Positions 1 to 14,970 of a stretch of 64,000 nucleotides of DNA are shown in pieces (the stretch's first letter is position 1; every line of letters starts with the position of its first letter). Both the position numbers and the translations under genes were made by a program. The stretch covers positions 15,004,001 through 15,068,000 of the forward strand of contig CM022670.1 of the NCBI GenBank assembly GCA_012295275.1, read 5' to 3'. The notes beneath the pieces are model-generated. The model did no database searches and was not told the origin of the DNA. It saw only the letters and a program-made list of their open reading frames with translations. The stretch is from Chrysomallon squamiferum (taxonomy: Eukaryota > Animalia > Mollusca).

Positions 1-252
1 GGTCTATGTACGACATCTGACACGTGGAATTCAGCAAATCTCAACCAGTGTTTATCACACGTTAATAATCTCTTCCTTATTTATTCTGTCATAATTACTT
101 ACATCTCACTTTTACTGGTTTTCTTTTGCTCAGTTCTTTGTTTTCTTGGTAACTTTCTGTTATTTCGTTTACTTTTTTTTTTTTTATTTTTTTTTTTTAG
201 AAATTTGTTTATCTATATAATGTCCTGTATTTCGTTTTAAGAGCTAAGATAT

Positions 253-371
253 ATGAACATGCACACATATATAGTAAGACATACTCGTTCACACGTACAT
301 ACAAATACATACGTGCACACATACACACTCACATACGTGCATACACACACATACATACATATAAACACAAA

Positions 372-417
<46 letters not shown>

Positions 418-432
418 AACACACACATACGC
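253..432. repeat. (CA)n/(CATA)n microsatellite
   Basis: Direct reading; source of the HT/VC ORFs. Confidence 0.9.
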
Positions 433-1559
433 ATGCGGAAAAGATAGGCATATAATTACAACATTTTTTTGCAAAGTAATTACTCCCACAGTTTAACTAA
501 TGTAGTTCGATGGTTTCGCCATTTTCAGAACGTTATAATTAGAAATACACATTACTCCTTTCAGCTTATTTTTTAAACGTAAACAATTACAGACAGGCAG
601 CCATCAGATGTAAGTACTTGTGAAAATATGGAAGTTATTCCCTGCAGAAGTGACACCATTATTTTCGACGAGGCAATTGTTAAAATTAGTTATAACTATC
701 TACACATGAACATTCAGGACGTCTGCTGGAAGCATGAACTTGCATTCTCAGAAAGGAGTCTGCTGCTTTGCAATCTTATTCCGGAGAAACGGTTATAAAA
801 ATGAGGCGTTTCCATATGTGAATATTAATCCATATCCAGTAGAATATAGAAAATGAAACTAATAATAAACGAAATGATCTAACATCAGTTTAAAGTAAAT
901 ATTAATGGGTTATAAATATATATGTAAGTTTAAAAAGCATGAAAAGACCTGTGTCGAATCAAACTGAAAAACGATATTTCGTTAATTTTCATTAGCAGTT
1001 ACAAGTAGCCATTTTCCCCAGCATTCCATCTTAGTTTATCATTTCAGAGTTGTAGTATTATTAATCATTCGTCCGTTACTTTTCTATACAATACCAAAAA
1101 CACGTCTTGGGCGTTTTGAATGAATGACCCAAATTCCGATAGTTTTTGCACCAAAACGATAAAAAGAATAACAAAGTGAACTTCTGGAATATAAGATAAT
1201 GTATGTTACAACACGGATTTTCTTTTTGATGTGCTGAATCCTTTAAAAAATTGGTCAAGACATCACTAGGTGGCGCTTATTGCCGATTCTGTTTAGTTAA
1301 CTCTTTCTGGTCTATTCTCTATTGACCTTATTTCTTTTTAACTCATACATTTGTAAAGCCTTCTTTTATGACTTGCCATTGTCATATATCCGATGTAAGA
1401 CAAGGTAATCTAGATAATGTGTTTTTGCAATAAGGTATCGCAGTCAAAGTAATGTATGTACTAGGTGTTTCGCTTTTATTTATTCATTTATTTATTAGTT
1501 ATATTAGGATGTGTGTGTCAGGTATATACATATTTTTTTATATGAATGTGTGTTTATGT

Positions 1560-1678
<119 letters not shown>

Positions 1679-1964
1679 AGTAAACATATCAATAGTGTAC
1701 TGGCAATGGGTTAGTATCTGGGTTATGCTAACAATTTTAACTCTGCATACTGAGAGTAGCACTAAAAGTTTTCTTTTCACTGCTTCCGAATTCAGCCTAT
1801 TTCTTTGTCAGATTTCTTTCTTATTTATGAATTCTGTTAATGCGCAACATTTGTAAAAACAAATAACTTTCTTTTGTTAACTCACATTTTGTAAAAGGAG
1901 CTCAACATGAAATGACCATTACAAGATGAATTCAGCTACAAAATCAGTAAACGAAATCAGCATT

Positions 1965-2560
1965 ACACCACACTAAACTATATTACATTACATTACAGCA
2001 CACTACAATGCATTAAACTATACTATGCTAATATACACTACAGTACACTGCACTAAACATTACTGTGCTATATTACAGTACAGTACAGTACAGTACAGTA
2101 TACTAAATTGTGCTACATTACATTATACACTACACTCACTATACTACACTAGATTACATTAAACTATACTACTCTACATTACAGTCACAGTTCACTAACC
2201 TATACTACACTACCTTACACTACAGTATAGTACACTATACCACAGTACAGTACTGTACAATACACTACAATATACTACATTACATTATCACATTACACTT
2301 TATTATACTATATTATATATCATTAGATTTGACTACACTATACTACTACATATTACACCATACTACAGTATACACTACATTATACTATACTACTCTTAAA
2401 CTAAATGACATTACACTTAATTATACTATATTATACTACATTATATTTTATTAGACTACACTGCGAAACATTAAACTACACTACACTATATTACATTACA
2501 CTGTATTGCCCTAAATAACAATACAGTACTGCGTTACATTACTTTATATTACACTGTCCT
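1965..2560. repeat. Degenerate pentamer satellite (CTACA/TTACA/GTACA)
   Basis: 5-bp periodicity, e.g. cagta cagta cagta, cacta cacta, catta catta. Confidence 0.85.
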
Positions 2561-2834
2561 GAATAATACGCACCGAATTATAATCGTCTACACTTGTACC
2601 TCATCACAGGCCCAATAAAATGTTTATAAATCTTCACAACGTGCATGCTGTTGTTATATCGATAAATTGAGATTATTTTCGAATAGTTTCCAAACGAACA
2701 GATGTTTTCATTGAAAATGTTCTCATGAAAATCGTGCAGTAAACACAATGTTAACAATACATGGGATATACAGGATTTTAATTCATATGGGGCCTATTTT
2801 TAAGTGAGTTAACAGTAGCGGCAGTTACACCACG

Positions 2835-3050
2835 ACAACTACATTATTGCTACTACTACTACTACCACGACTATTACTACGGCTGCTGATGCTACTGATG
2901 CTGCTACTAGTGCTACTATTTTAATACTTCTACTATAACCACTACTACTACTACCATTTCTTCTACTGCTGGTACTACTACTACCACTACTACAACCTCT
3001 ACTAGTACTACTACTACTACCAGTGCTACTATCATTACGACTAGTTCTGC
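2835..3050. repeat. Degenerate (CTA)n trinucleotide repeat
   Basis: tactactac... runs; another (CTA)n/(TTA)n at about 3805-3925. Confidence 0.85.
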
Positions 3051-3808
3051 TGTTTTTATTAACATTATAAAACTCTACATTAATATTCAGCGGTATTCGG
3101 GTCAGCAGTATCGGACGACACTTGTAAAACCGAGACAACCCAAATACCAGTGCTTACAAATACGTCGGACATTCTACAGTATAACATAACAAAACAGATT
3201 CTAACACTTCTTAAGACACTGAGTGATTATTTACAAATACTCACGTTATTCTCGGTTGTTCCATCGAATTAAATTTGATGGAGCTGAGAGAAGCAAAAAT
3301 GTTTCTGTACGTTCAGCGTGACACTGCAAACCCACTGATCAATATAATACATGTAACATCTGTGTTTGACTGGCGTATAGGCTTGTGAAGTTAATAATAA
3401 ATAAAAAATGTAGTTATAGATTAAATGCAATTATTTCGCGTCCATTGTTAATATACGTACAACCTTAATATTTTGATAATCACGTGAAATCAGATTAACA
3501 TTTTAATTTAACGAGAAAGTTGTTTTATGTTGTTTTTTTTGTTTTTGTTTTTCTTTATTGATTTTATTATGTTTAAAACGTATAAGGGAAACAACTGGCG
3601 ATAATATAATTATTTTATTACCAAATCATCATAATCATCATCATCATTATTATTATTATGTGAAATACAAAATGTTTTATTAATTTGTATGGAAATACAT
3701 TTTTTGATATTAAACAAATCTGTTATGTGTGAATGTATTTCTAGATAATGCATATTCATTTTTTAATTTTTTTTATTTAGTTGTTGCTGTTCCAATTTAC
3801 TGCTGCTG

Positions 3809-3853
<45 letters not shown>

Positions 3854-4168
3854 TTACTACTACTACTATTACCACAATAGCTATTATTATTGCTATTACA
3901 ATTACAGTTATTATTATTATTATTTGTATCAGAAGAAACAAACGCCAACAGTTCGGTGTTTACACATTCTGTTTTGTGTTAAATTTTACACTTTATAAGC
4001 GTGTGTCTAAAAGGTAGCCCATAATCCTAAGAAACTACTTAATTTTGACAGAAAACATTACAAAGTGAATTACTGGCCTGTTTATATCAAATCATAAACG
4101 AAAGAAATAACCATAATTTAGGAAAAATGGTCCATTTTGGCCTACATTTTGGTTAGAGGCAAAAAATT

Positions 4169-4316
4169 ACGCATGCGCATTAACGTAAATGACGACAAGA
4201 TGAAGATAGCAAAGATTTGTGTTTGAGAGAGAGAGAGACTGTTATGTTGTTATTAATATTCTGATTTTGTTCCTTGTATTTTGTTCCTTTTGCATCAACA
4301 CTGTAGTCAAGTAAGT
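4169..4316 (+). promoter_or_regulatory. NRF1-like motif and candidate non-coding first exon
   Basis: ACGCATGCGCA (4169-4179) and CAA|GTAAGT donor at 4311; the ATGs in between close quickly. Confidence 0.35.
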
Positions 4317-4870
4317 ATTCCGCTTAATCTAAATATTTTTCAGTTTTCTTTTTTGTCTCTTTATTATTGTTGATAATTTTCTATGTATTCAGTAGTTAAC
4401 TTAAATTTTAATTAGCAGATATTAACATATGTGGTCAAGTTACTAATATATTTAAAATATATTAGCATACGTCCTGTTTCTAAATCTAAGCTATTACATG
4501 TTATATAGCAAAAATAGATGTATTGGAACATGTGCAAAATCCTTTATGACTTTCCGGAATCCTCCATAAACTGATACTTTGTCAGAATTATTTTTATGTG
4601 AAATTACTGCCTGTCTGATGCTGTAATACAAGGCATTTTTTTCAAAGATAATTCATTAAATCATTAATCACATAGTTGGGTATTTTCCCAGTCTCTACTC
4701 TTATTTATAAGAAACTGTATTTATCATTTTACTAACTGATATACATATTACTTGAATCTGAATATACATATAAATATCTTCTTGAACGTATCAACCTCCC
4801 GAAGGAGGATGGGAAATTCGTATTCCTAAGAAGACGTCTGCCACAAAAAGAATATGAAAACAACAGTAAC

Positions 4871-4901
<31 letters not shown>

Positions 4902-5123
4902 GTCACCAAAAAAACCCCAGCAACTAAAAGTCATTATCTTGTGGTGTGTAAAGTCTTTATCATTTTTTGAAAGTAATTACCTACACATTGTCAAACCGAC
5001 ATGTAAAATGTTCAGAGGGAAGTGCAGACTGCATGTAACAGACACTCCACCTGTCAAAGATTCCTGTTAGTTTTGCATGGTAAGAAACCCGAGCAGGGTT
5101 GAATGAAAAGTAGATTCACAGCA

Positions 5124-5307
5124 GATATGTATTTTCAGTATGGTAGGGTTTGAACAACGTATAAACTCAAATAAGTAGCTTTTGCTACAAAATATGTGTT
5201 TTCAGTATGGTAGGGTTAGAATAAGGTATAAACTCATATAAATTGCTTTTGTTATAAATGTTTTAATTTTTTCTGTATTGTAGAGTTTAAATTGCGTATA
5301 AACTCAG
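5124..5307. repeat. About 67-70 bp tandem repeat, about 2.7 diverged copies
   Basis: ttttcagtatggtagggtt...gtataaactca recurs, with gtataaactca at 5159, 5226 and 5296. Confidence 0.75.
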
Positions 5308-7378
5308 TTACCTCTAATTCGTGGTTTTGTTTCACAGAACTATGAACACTAGGGCTCATATTTTGGATTCTCCTACTTACAGCTTTATGTATTTTGTTTT
5401 ATATTGAAATGTTGCCTCATTTTTCTCTCTCTTACAACTTAGGTACTTGTTAAGCACAGTTTTACAAAGTTTACAAAGACCGAATGAATATGTGTTATAG
5501 AAGTTAAAAAATGTGATTCATTAAACTGAATCAGTTTGTAACGTTTAAAGGGGAGACAATCTCATTATACTTATTAAAGAAGTAATCAAGGGAAGCAACT
5601 CAAAAAAGAATACAAAACCCACTCGTACACTTTGACCTATCTTCTTTTAATGATGCCACCGTTTAATAAGCTAATTGTCTGCAAACAGAAGTTAGTATTA
5701 GTGTTTTTTTCTTGACGTAAACCCTTTGTCTGTCGTGCCGTTGTTCAATAACATTCCAAAGTAGTTTTTGTGAGTGTTTTTAATTTTCACAAAAGACGAC
5801 TTGCCGACTGGTCGTCTTGAAGTCACAGGTGCGTTTGATTTGCAAGTCCTTTTGTGTTTTAGTTACCCAAATAGAATTAAACTACGAGGTGGGCGGTGCC
5901 AAATGTTACGAAAACAGCACTGCACCGAACCAGTCTATTTTCTTGCTACAGTCGCAGTCTTTTTCTATATTGAACTCGAGTCTTTTGTTTCACTATAAAC
6001 AAATGTTAAAGATTCTGTAAAGTGACCTTAGACCGCTGATTTGTTTGGCTACGTAATTGTTTTGTAAATGTTAGGGTCGATGAAGGTAAAAATGAATGAC
6101 TCTGAAATAGTATCACTTCAGTGTTGAATGCGAATATAAAGAAAGTACCTGGAAAATGAAAATGGTATCAGTTCGCTGTACTTCGCTTCAAGAACCTTCT
6201 TAAATAACAGAAATTGTTACTTGCTTATAACAGTAACCGAATAAACCCGTTATTTAAAACATTTAAACATTTGTTTTAATAATTTTATATGATTCATTTG
6301 ATCTGAACAAGATTTAGATTAGTATTATCATCTATATTGAACCTGGAAACATTTTAAACATATAAAGAATATATATGTATAAAAATTATATATATATTTT
6401 ATTAATATTCAGAATTTTGATATTTCCACTGAATACTTCTATACGTGTGATTCAGTCCATAACATTTTTGAAATACGTTTCAATATCACAAAGTTAAAAA
6501 AAAAAGTAAAAAAAAAAGACATCAACTTTAAATAACCCCCACCCTGACATTAAACAGAATTATGCGTACAGAATGACCTAATCCAAGGACCACCAAGACA
6601 GTCGCTAGGGGGTGGGTGGCTGGCATGTCCAAAACGAAACAGACACTCATAACGTTTACGTAAGACAGCTGACCTTATGGTGAACGTGCTGCAATGCCGT
6701 CGTCGAGTGAATCAAAGTGCACGGGGTCCTCGGCGTTTGAAGAGCGAGTACGTCAGCAGGTGCAGTCGTTGTAGAAGTATGTCCACCAGTTCTGTATGTC
6801 TCGTGGGTATGTCACCGTGTTACGGCGTCTGAAGAAGCAAGTTACAGTAAATCCCAGGTTGAGTTCGGAGCTGTAGGTTTTGTAACGCTGGCGCCGACTC
6901 CCACGTCGTTCTCCGTGAGATGTTGTAAGCTTTGAACACGCTCGTAAAATTTATATCTTATAAATATTCAGATGTTTGTGTGGTGTTTTAGAAAATATTA
7001 TTGTTTCAAGACGTGGATCAGTTACGTTGCAATACTATACAGTGCAATAGCATACAGTACGATAATATATATTACAGGCAAAAAAAAAAAAAAAAAAAAA
7101 AGCAAAAATAATAAAAGATTGTTCTAATGTTTAACAGTCTAAACCTATTTTCACTTGTTAAAATATTAGGATTAGGGAATAGTACAAACAAAAGTGAAAA
7201 AGCAACAAATTTGTGTTTACCTTTTTTTTTTGGTTTCAATTCTCTTTTCGTCTACTTTTTCATCATCATCATCATCATCATCATTATTATTATTATTATT
7301 ATTACTTTTATTGTTATTATTTTAATATTTATTATTTTTATTATTCTTACTATTGCTATTATTATTATTTTACTGTTG

Positions 7379-7414
<36 letters not shown>

Positions 7415-8567
7415 TTTATTATCACCACAATTAAACATTCAGTTCTAAAATATTATATAAACTGTATATAAAGTTAGCTTACTTCCTTGACAAAGATCTT
7501 TTATTATCTAACAACACTTATATATTTACCAAGCTGCGATACTACAAGTATTTTTGTTATCTGGAGAGCTACTACACAGGATAATAAATAAAGTGAAGAA
7601 TAAAACAGAGCTTATCCAACTGACAAAACTCCACAAAGTATCTGTCCAGTTTGGGTGAATTAGAGCGCTAGTCGTTATTTGTGACACCTATAGTAGTTAA
7701 AAGAAATGATTAAGTTTTGTATATAGATAAAACATTTACAAAAAAAAATCTAGCTTTTTTTTTCTTCATATAAATAACTACAAGATGTAAAATGTACTAT
7801 ACAAATTCGACATTTTGTCGCGCCGAAATCGATGATTTAAATACGTTTAACTTTTTTTCGTCATTTCTACATTGTTGGCATTTTGATATTTACGTAATAA
7901 AAATAAAATAACAGGCGGCTATGTTTTTAAATCGAAATATTTAAGTGACCATAAAATTAATGAGAATTTGTTTAACAATATAGAATATAGATTTTAAAAA
8001 TAGTATTAAAATTTGCTAAAAACGAAAAGAAAATTGATTTATAGAGAAATCTCTGAAAGTGCTCTTCTGTTTTGTAATCTCTTTCCAACTGATCAAGAAC
8101 GTCTTTAATCTCCTGCGTTAGAGCAATTCTAGATCGAGAAAAATACCACCCCTGTATTTATTTCGCTTTTTTCTAGAGAAATAATAGGTCTTTATTTATT
8201 TATTTATTTATTTATATAGAATATAGTATTCCATAATTCGGTAAAAGTATGAAATGTGCAGTTGCATGTGCATAATCGTCAGTTATTCTTGCCTAATGCT
8301 TCATTATATAGTATAGTAATAGACATGCACAGACATTCACTCAATCACACATTCTAAATACATACATACACAAACATATGTATACATTCTAAATACATAC
8401 ATACACAAACATACATAGAAAGATAGACAGATACAGTCATTTTCATATATACATATATACATACATACATAAAGAGATACATAGATATATTATATACATA
8501 AACAGATACATATATTCATACAAACACGTACATATGTACGATCTGTACACATAGACACACATATATG

Positions 8568-8611
<44 letters not shown>

Positions 8612-8637
8612 TATACATACTACACACACATATATAA

Positions 8638-8847
8638 GAACAGAGAGGACACGAAATTGGCATTCATTAAAATTTATGTTACTGAGCTTAACGTGATGAA
8701 GTGTGTTTTTCTCTATTGTACTTATATATATATATATAACGTACACAGATCCTCATGTATAAGTACAATACAGAAACACACACTTCATCACGTTAAGCTC
8801 AGTAACATACATTTTACTGAATACTAATTTCACTGTCCTCTCTGTTC
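8638..8847. repeat. Long inverted repeat/hairpin, arms about 89 bp, loop about 31 nt
   Basis: 8638-8726 (gaacagagaggac...tgttactgagcttaacgtgatgaagtgtgt...attgtacttata) is the reverse complement of 8758-8847 with about 10 mismatches. Confidence 0.93.
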
Positions 8848-9119
8848 CTTTTTGACAAATGATTGTAAAGAAATATTCACGTATTAAATCAAACTAAGTA
8901 ATACACTTTTTAACTGTATGAAATGAATATACCTTTTTAACCATGTGATCAACACGTAATACAATAACTTAGATATAAATCTTAAACTGTTATATATTAC
9001 GCTGGAAATTATAATAATATATTATACTTTCCCCCTTCCCCTCTCTAGCCCCCTCCTTTTAGCGTAACGAATTTACAAAACACTGCTCCGCTTAGTCATT
9101 CGTATTATCTTTACATAAT

Positions 9120-9168
<49 letters not shown>

Positions 9169-10155
9169 TGATAATGGAGATGATGATGATAATGATTATA
9201 ATGATAGTAATAAAATGATGATGATGATAATGATAATGATGATGATGATGATAATGATAATGATGATGATAATAATAATAATAAATTAAAATGATAAGAA
9301 GTGGATGTATAATTTCTATAAAGAAATGGATATCACTTTCAAAATGATGTTACTAGGAAAATAATTTGATTACATGGCGATAGTGTAAAAAACGTTAGCA
9401 TCTCTGCTTGAAATATTTGTTCTCGTTTTTCAGTTTATATACAGCTGATGTTTAATCACTGTTGCACACTTCCTCTTATTTAGTCAGATTTGTCCAGTTT
9501 TCTTGTCGATAGCATGTGCAGGACGTTGATGAATATAGCTGACTTTAAGTAACGGTTCTGATGGAGATGAAATACCTCAAGAAAACTCCATACATATATA
9601 TATATATTACAGACAGGGGAAAAAAATTATTTTGAAATATGAGGATTACAAATCAGAAGAAAAAATTGACTTTGCATTTCTTAAAATAGATTTATCAAAA
9701 TTTTAACACTCCATAAAAAAGAAAAGAAAAAAAAGAACCTGTTTTCTTCGATTGATTTTTCTTGCACGAATGCATAAAGTAAATCAAATAATGGCCACGT
9801 TTTATTTAATGTCATCTTATTTCTGTGCACATCAACTTTTAAGCGTTATTTAAATCACAACTAATAACATTCTTGGCTGTTTCCATAACGATTCATTAAA
9901 ACGGAAGTCAGTTTACAAGTCATTTCAAGTCTTTTACGTAACGACGAGTAAATGAAACGTTTCTTTGACAAATACAGTGAGCTAACGTCAGTTGTGTCAG
10001 TGGAAATGTCGTTGTGAAAATTATGTTTGAAAAGGGCAAAGATTATTTAAAGAATAACATTAAAAATGAGGAGCAGAAAAAGACTTTAAATCAAAGTAGA
10101 ACACTTCTTGCAGTTCCTTTATAATAAATAACTAAATTTAGAGAGAATCAGAGAG

Positions 10156-10242
<87 letters not shown>

Positions 10243-13200
10243 AAGATCATGTTAAATGAAGCATTCAGCATAAGGTTTTCTAAAAATTTATATTAATCAT
10301 TAACTAAGCGTTTTTAGTCGCTTTCGCCTCCAGAGATATGTAAATCAGAGTAAAGATGAAAGCGTGGTATTGTAATTTATTTCAAAGCTGAAAAGTAAAT
10401 TGAGTAATTCGAAATTTCTCAAATTAAATTAGGTAAAAAGCTGTTATAGATCATTATAACATTTATCCTGAATTTTTTTTTCGTTTTTTTTTTTTTTTTT
10501 TGGCGGGTGGGTGATTGTTTGTTACTTTAATTATCTCATTTTTCCTGTTTTTCGTACATCAACTAAAATATATATATTTTTTATGCTGGTTATCTTGATC
10601 TCGTTATAGGGTCATTAACATGTCAGATATCTTTGTAACTCTTGAAGACAACTGTAAACAGATATCCGTTTTCAGATTTATTCTTTTCAATTTATTTGAA
10701 GCGGTAATCATTTATTGCGGGCATTCACATTTATGTACTCCTGTGATCGGGTTAAACTGTCATCACTGTGTACTCAGTCATGCTTAGCAAGATATTCCTT
10801 GAAGAACTTCTAGCAATGGATACTGACATGATTTTCTCTAAAAGCAATACACACGTCTGTTACTCTGTTATAAATTAGAAGAATGATAGTCAGGTGAAAA
10901 GAAGAGAGAGAGAGAGAAAAAATACACGTAGAATTTAAGAATGACACGTTTTGTTGTTTTTGTCCATCATCAGTTTCTTTTGCGTCCTTTTTATAAAGAC
11001 TCACCTAATCCTTGCTTTAATAACGTCACAGCAGGAGTGACGTCACAGCAGAAAAAATGAAATATTTAAGAAAAGAAAATGAAAAAAGATAAAATAAAGT
11101 CTTCACGATAAACCTATATACAGACATAAATAGCGTGATAAAAAGAAATTTAAAAAAAATTATAGAAAACTAATTTGACAATGCTATTCACTGAGAATTC
11201 GGTTATGACCAGATTATCATTACGTCACAACAAGATAACTAGGCGGCTATTTGCACTAACGTCCATGCATAGTGCTCACAAAATCGTCTTAACTTCACGT
11301 TTTATTAAATAGTATACCAGTTCATTTATATTAAACATCAAGACACATTAAGCACAAGTTGAATGTTTGTTGAAATGTTTCATCAAAATATTCTCTGAAC
11401 AGGAAATTCAGATAGTAATGTGGTTCATTAACGCTAGAAGAATTTAGTACTTTATTTCTATTCTGTAACAGAGTTATATATAGAGGTAATAAAATAAAAA
11501 AGTATACATGTGAATGTAATAGACATCTCGTCATTTTCTGTTGTTGTAAAGTTTTAAAAAAATGAGTATCGTTGTCGTAGATGTACTAAGAGTATAGCGA
11601 TCACTTTACTAAGATGTACTGTGATACGAGAAATAATTTAAAGTATCGTTAAATGTTAATTAACTTATTTTTCAATTCTAATAATTAATTTCAACATTTG
11701 TGGTAGAACATCTGCACAGTTTAAAAAGCGTTGGCGAATGTACAGTATTTAGAATTACAGATATGTATTTTACAAAAATAATTATTAATGGAAATACATT
11801 AATGCTCTTTCTTTAAACAGACAGGATGTAATTCGTTTAATGCATTTTTTTAAATTCTTTCCGAAACGTTTATTTCTTGTAACGTTTTTCTAACATGTGA
11901 CATTTGTGGAATTTAGCCCGCTGGAAACAAGACCGAACATTTGCTGCACATTAAATATGTGTTTATACAAGCTTACCTCGTCTGCTTCACGTAAAATACA
12001 ACCCTGCAGCAACATTCTAGCAACCCTTGTCGCTTATTTGTATCGTGTTTTTATTTCAACAGTCGATACATTTACCCAGTGCCAGCACGTGCCAGCGTGT
12101 GCCAGAAACAATAGCAAACACGAATCTAAAAATTACTGAAAGAAAAAAAGTGGATTTGTGTACGGAAATGAATTCAGCATGTCATAAAATAAAATAAACA
12201 CAGCGATGTCTTAAATATTTCGCTGCTAACTGGTTTGTGCAGTATTTCAGTTGCAAACTCTTACCTGAAATATTAATAGACTGTGTTTACATGCAAGAAG
12301 TAATATATCTGTTTTATGTAACTCACGCTATTACAAAACAAATTTCATATTGCAGGTTTTTCTCTCCTGCAGTTCTTCTTGGATGAACATCTGTCACAGT
12401 TAATTTGTTACAAAGGACATTTATAATAGCTGAAGTTGCCTTCCTGTATTTACGTATTCGGAAGTGTTGAGAAATAAATGATTATTTTGTACGCAGACAA
12501 ATCCTCAGGACATTAATGATAAAAGACAAATGCATGCAATGTATTTATATCTGGAGACAGAAATAGCCCATCTGAAATACCAGGCATGTAGTAAACTCTA
12601 ATACAGTTACTCACTGATTAAGTAATGTGGTTATTTTCTTTCGTTTTTTGTTAGAATCTCACTGAATTAGATTTAACAAGATTAGTACAGCATGTTTTGT
12701 CTCTTTAGTAATCAATGCAATATAAGCAAATAACACAACATACACGTACGCACATACGCATACACGCAGACACTGCCACCATGGCAATAAACAGTTGCTC
12801 GCATTAATATCTGCACATGCACATACAAAAACATAAATCTCCACAACCGTGTATATACATGTAAACATTAACCTGATCGTAGAACATGTTTATGTAAACG
12901 TGTACGTGTTATACAGCAAGAAAGCAACTCTGCGGAATAATGAGACTAACATGATGGCTAACTGAGAAAGTAACATCGACATGTGAAGATTTTCAACAAA
13001 CCTGTCACCGCAGAGCGGTTCGCGTTATTACAACACTGCTGCTTGTTTTGCTTCTCATATTCTTTTTACTGAAGTGTTGTTACACAGGATACTTCAGTGT
13101 GTGCAATCTTTGTTTGTGAAGCAACAGATAACAACGTAATGTCAGATACTGTATGATTCCTGCTGCAGACACACTCGTGAGTCACTTATGTCATCATGTT

Positions 13201-13534
13201 ACAGACGAGGAATTTTTATTTAAGTGTTTGACGTACGCAGCAGATTAATTTATCTATTGTATTTTGTTTCATTAATTTATCAGTCCCGTATTGCTCATCT
13301 GAGTGTCGCTGAGGTGGGTTTTGTCTGTAACTGAGGTCAAATCAAGTTAAGGTCATGTCAGGTCGTGTTATGTCATGTCAGGTCAGGTTTGAAAAAAAAA
13401 AAGATAATAAAATGTTTCTGGAGGATAGGAGAGAATGGTGAAGGAATCTGTTTTTTTTACGCATTTCTTTTGTTCTGGTTTTGCTGAATTCGCATTTGGA
13501 TAAATCATGTATTCTACATTAGTCATGGTGGTTG

Positions 13535-13990
13535 TCTTAGAACGTAGTCATAGTTGTCGATACATTATTATTACAAGTAGTCATGGACCCAGTAGTATCA
13601 GTTATAGTACCAATACAAATGTTGGCAGTCTTTGACAGTAGTACTGGTAGCAATAGTAGAATTAATAGCAATAGTAATAGTAGTAGTAGTAGTTGATGTT
13701 GTATTAGTTGATGTAGCCGCTGACAAAGTAATAGACACAGTAGCAGTCGTCGTAACTGACACAGTAGTTGTTGTAATAGAAGCAGTCCTAGACAAATTAG
13801 TAATAGTGATAGTAGTAGCATTGACAAAATAATAGTAGAAGTAGCAACATTGGACACAGGAGTAGTTGTAGACACAGTAGTGGCAGTAGCAGTCGTCACT
13901 GACAGTAGCAGTAGTAGTCGTTATTGCAGTGTTAGTAGTAGTAGTCGTCGTAATTGCAGACACAGAAGCAGTAATGGAATAGTAGTAGCA
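13535..13990. repeat. Degenerate (GTA/GCA)n low-complexity repeat
   Basis: Trinucleotide periodicity; gives Thr- or Val-rich pseudo-ORFs. Confidence 0.8.
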
Positions 13991-14935
13991 CTGAAAAATA
14001 ACGTAAACAGGTGAATGATTAAAAAAAACGAATCCTTTATTCTTTTTGAAGTTTTTTTATGACATATTTAATTAATTCAAAAATCAACTTTCCATATAAG
14101 CTTTAGAATACAATGAAAAATTTCATAAATTCTTTTGTACTAAAGTCCAATGGTTGTGTTGACGGTACTACTGAGTGAAACCAGTGAACGATTTTGAAAC
14201 TAAAACAATACTGTTTGTTAGTCTTATCTGACAGATTTGTTATTTGTGTCAACATATATTGGCAGCTTTTGTTTTTGGTAGAGGGAAACACAGGCAAAGG
14301 ATTGATTTCATTGATGGTATGATAAGAGCCGATTCTAACAACACAACAGTAAACTAGAATGATAATGACACAATTAACTGAAGTAAAAAAAACAAGGCAA
14401 GTAATAAAATTTAAAAACGAAAAAAAAGAATTAAAAAACCCCAGGAATTAATAATTTTATATTATTTATTTTTGTCACTCGATAATGGGTTTATGAAAAC
14501 AAACAAATAAACAAAGAAAAAACAACAAAACAAAGAAATATATATACACCACTACCTCAAGAAACACACAAATCTTACACGCTAATTAAAAATAAAAAAG
14601 AAGAAAAACTCAAACAAAAAACCATTCCCGAATAAATATATATATATATAAGCTGAATATATAAGCTCTGAGTGAAAGATTAGTATTGGGACATCAAGAA
14701 ATAAATGTTTATTGCCGGGTGTAATTAGAAAGTTGTAATCAACCACAGAACCTTGAAAACACAAAACTTTTGCATACGGGAACATCTTATTTGGTCGAAA
14801 ATGTCTTGTTTACTCTTACAAAAAGACGGTTTGTTTTATTTGTGGGGAAGTATTAGTTGTGACGGGAATTATGGCAAATAGGTCCATTTATTGAAGCAAC
14901 TACCTTGAATCTTGAAGAATATTTATAAACATAAT

Positions 14936-14970
<35 letters not shown>

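Noticed and set aside
4199-4310. Hydrophobic signal-peptide-like frame before the 4311 donor
   Set aside because: There is no in-frame ATG (upstream TAG), and the ATG-initiated frames stop within 9 codons.
13537-13963. Thr-rich mucin-like ORFs
   Set aside because: Degenerate trinucleotide repeat; frames are interrupted and there are no supporting splice sites.
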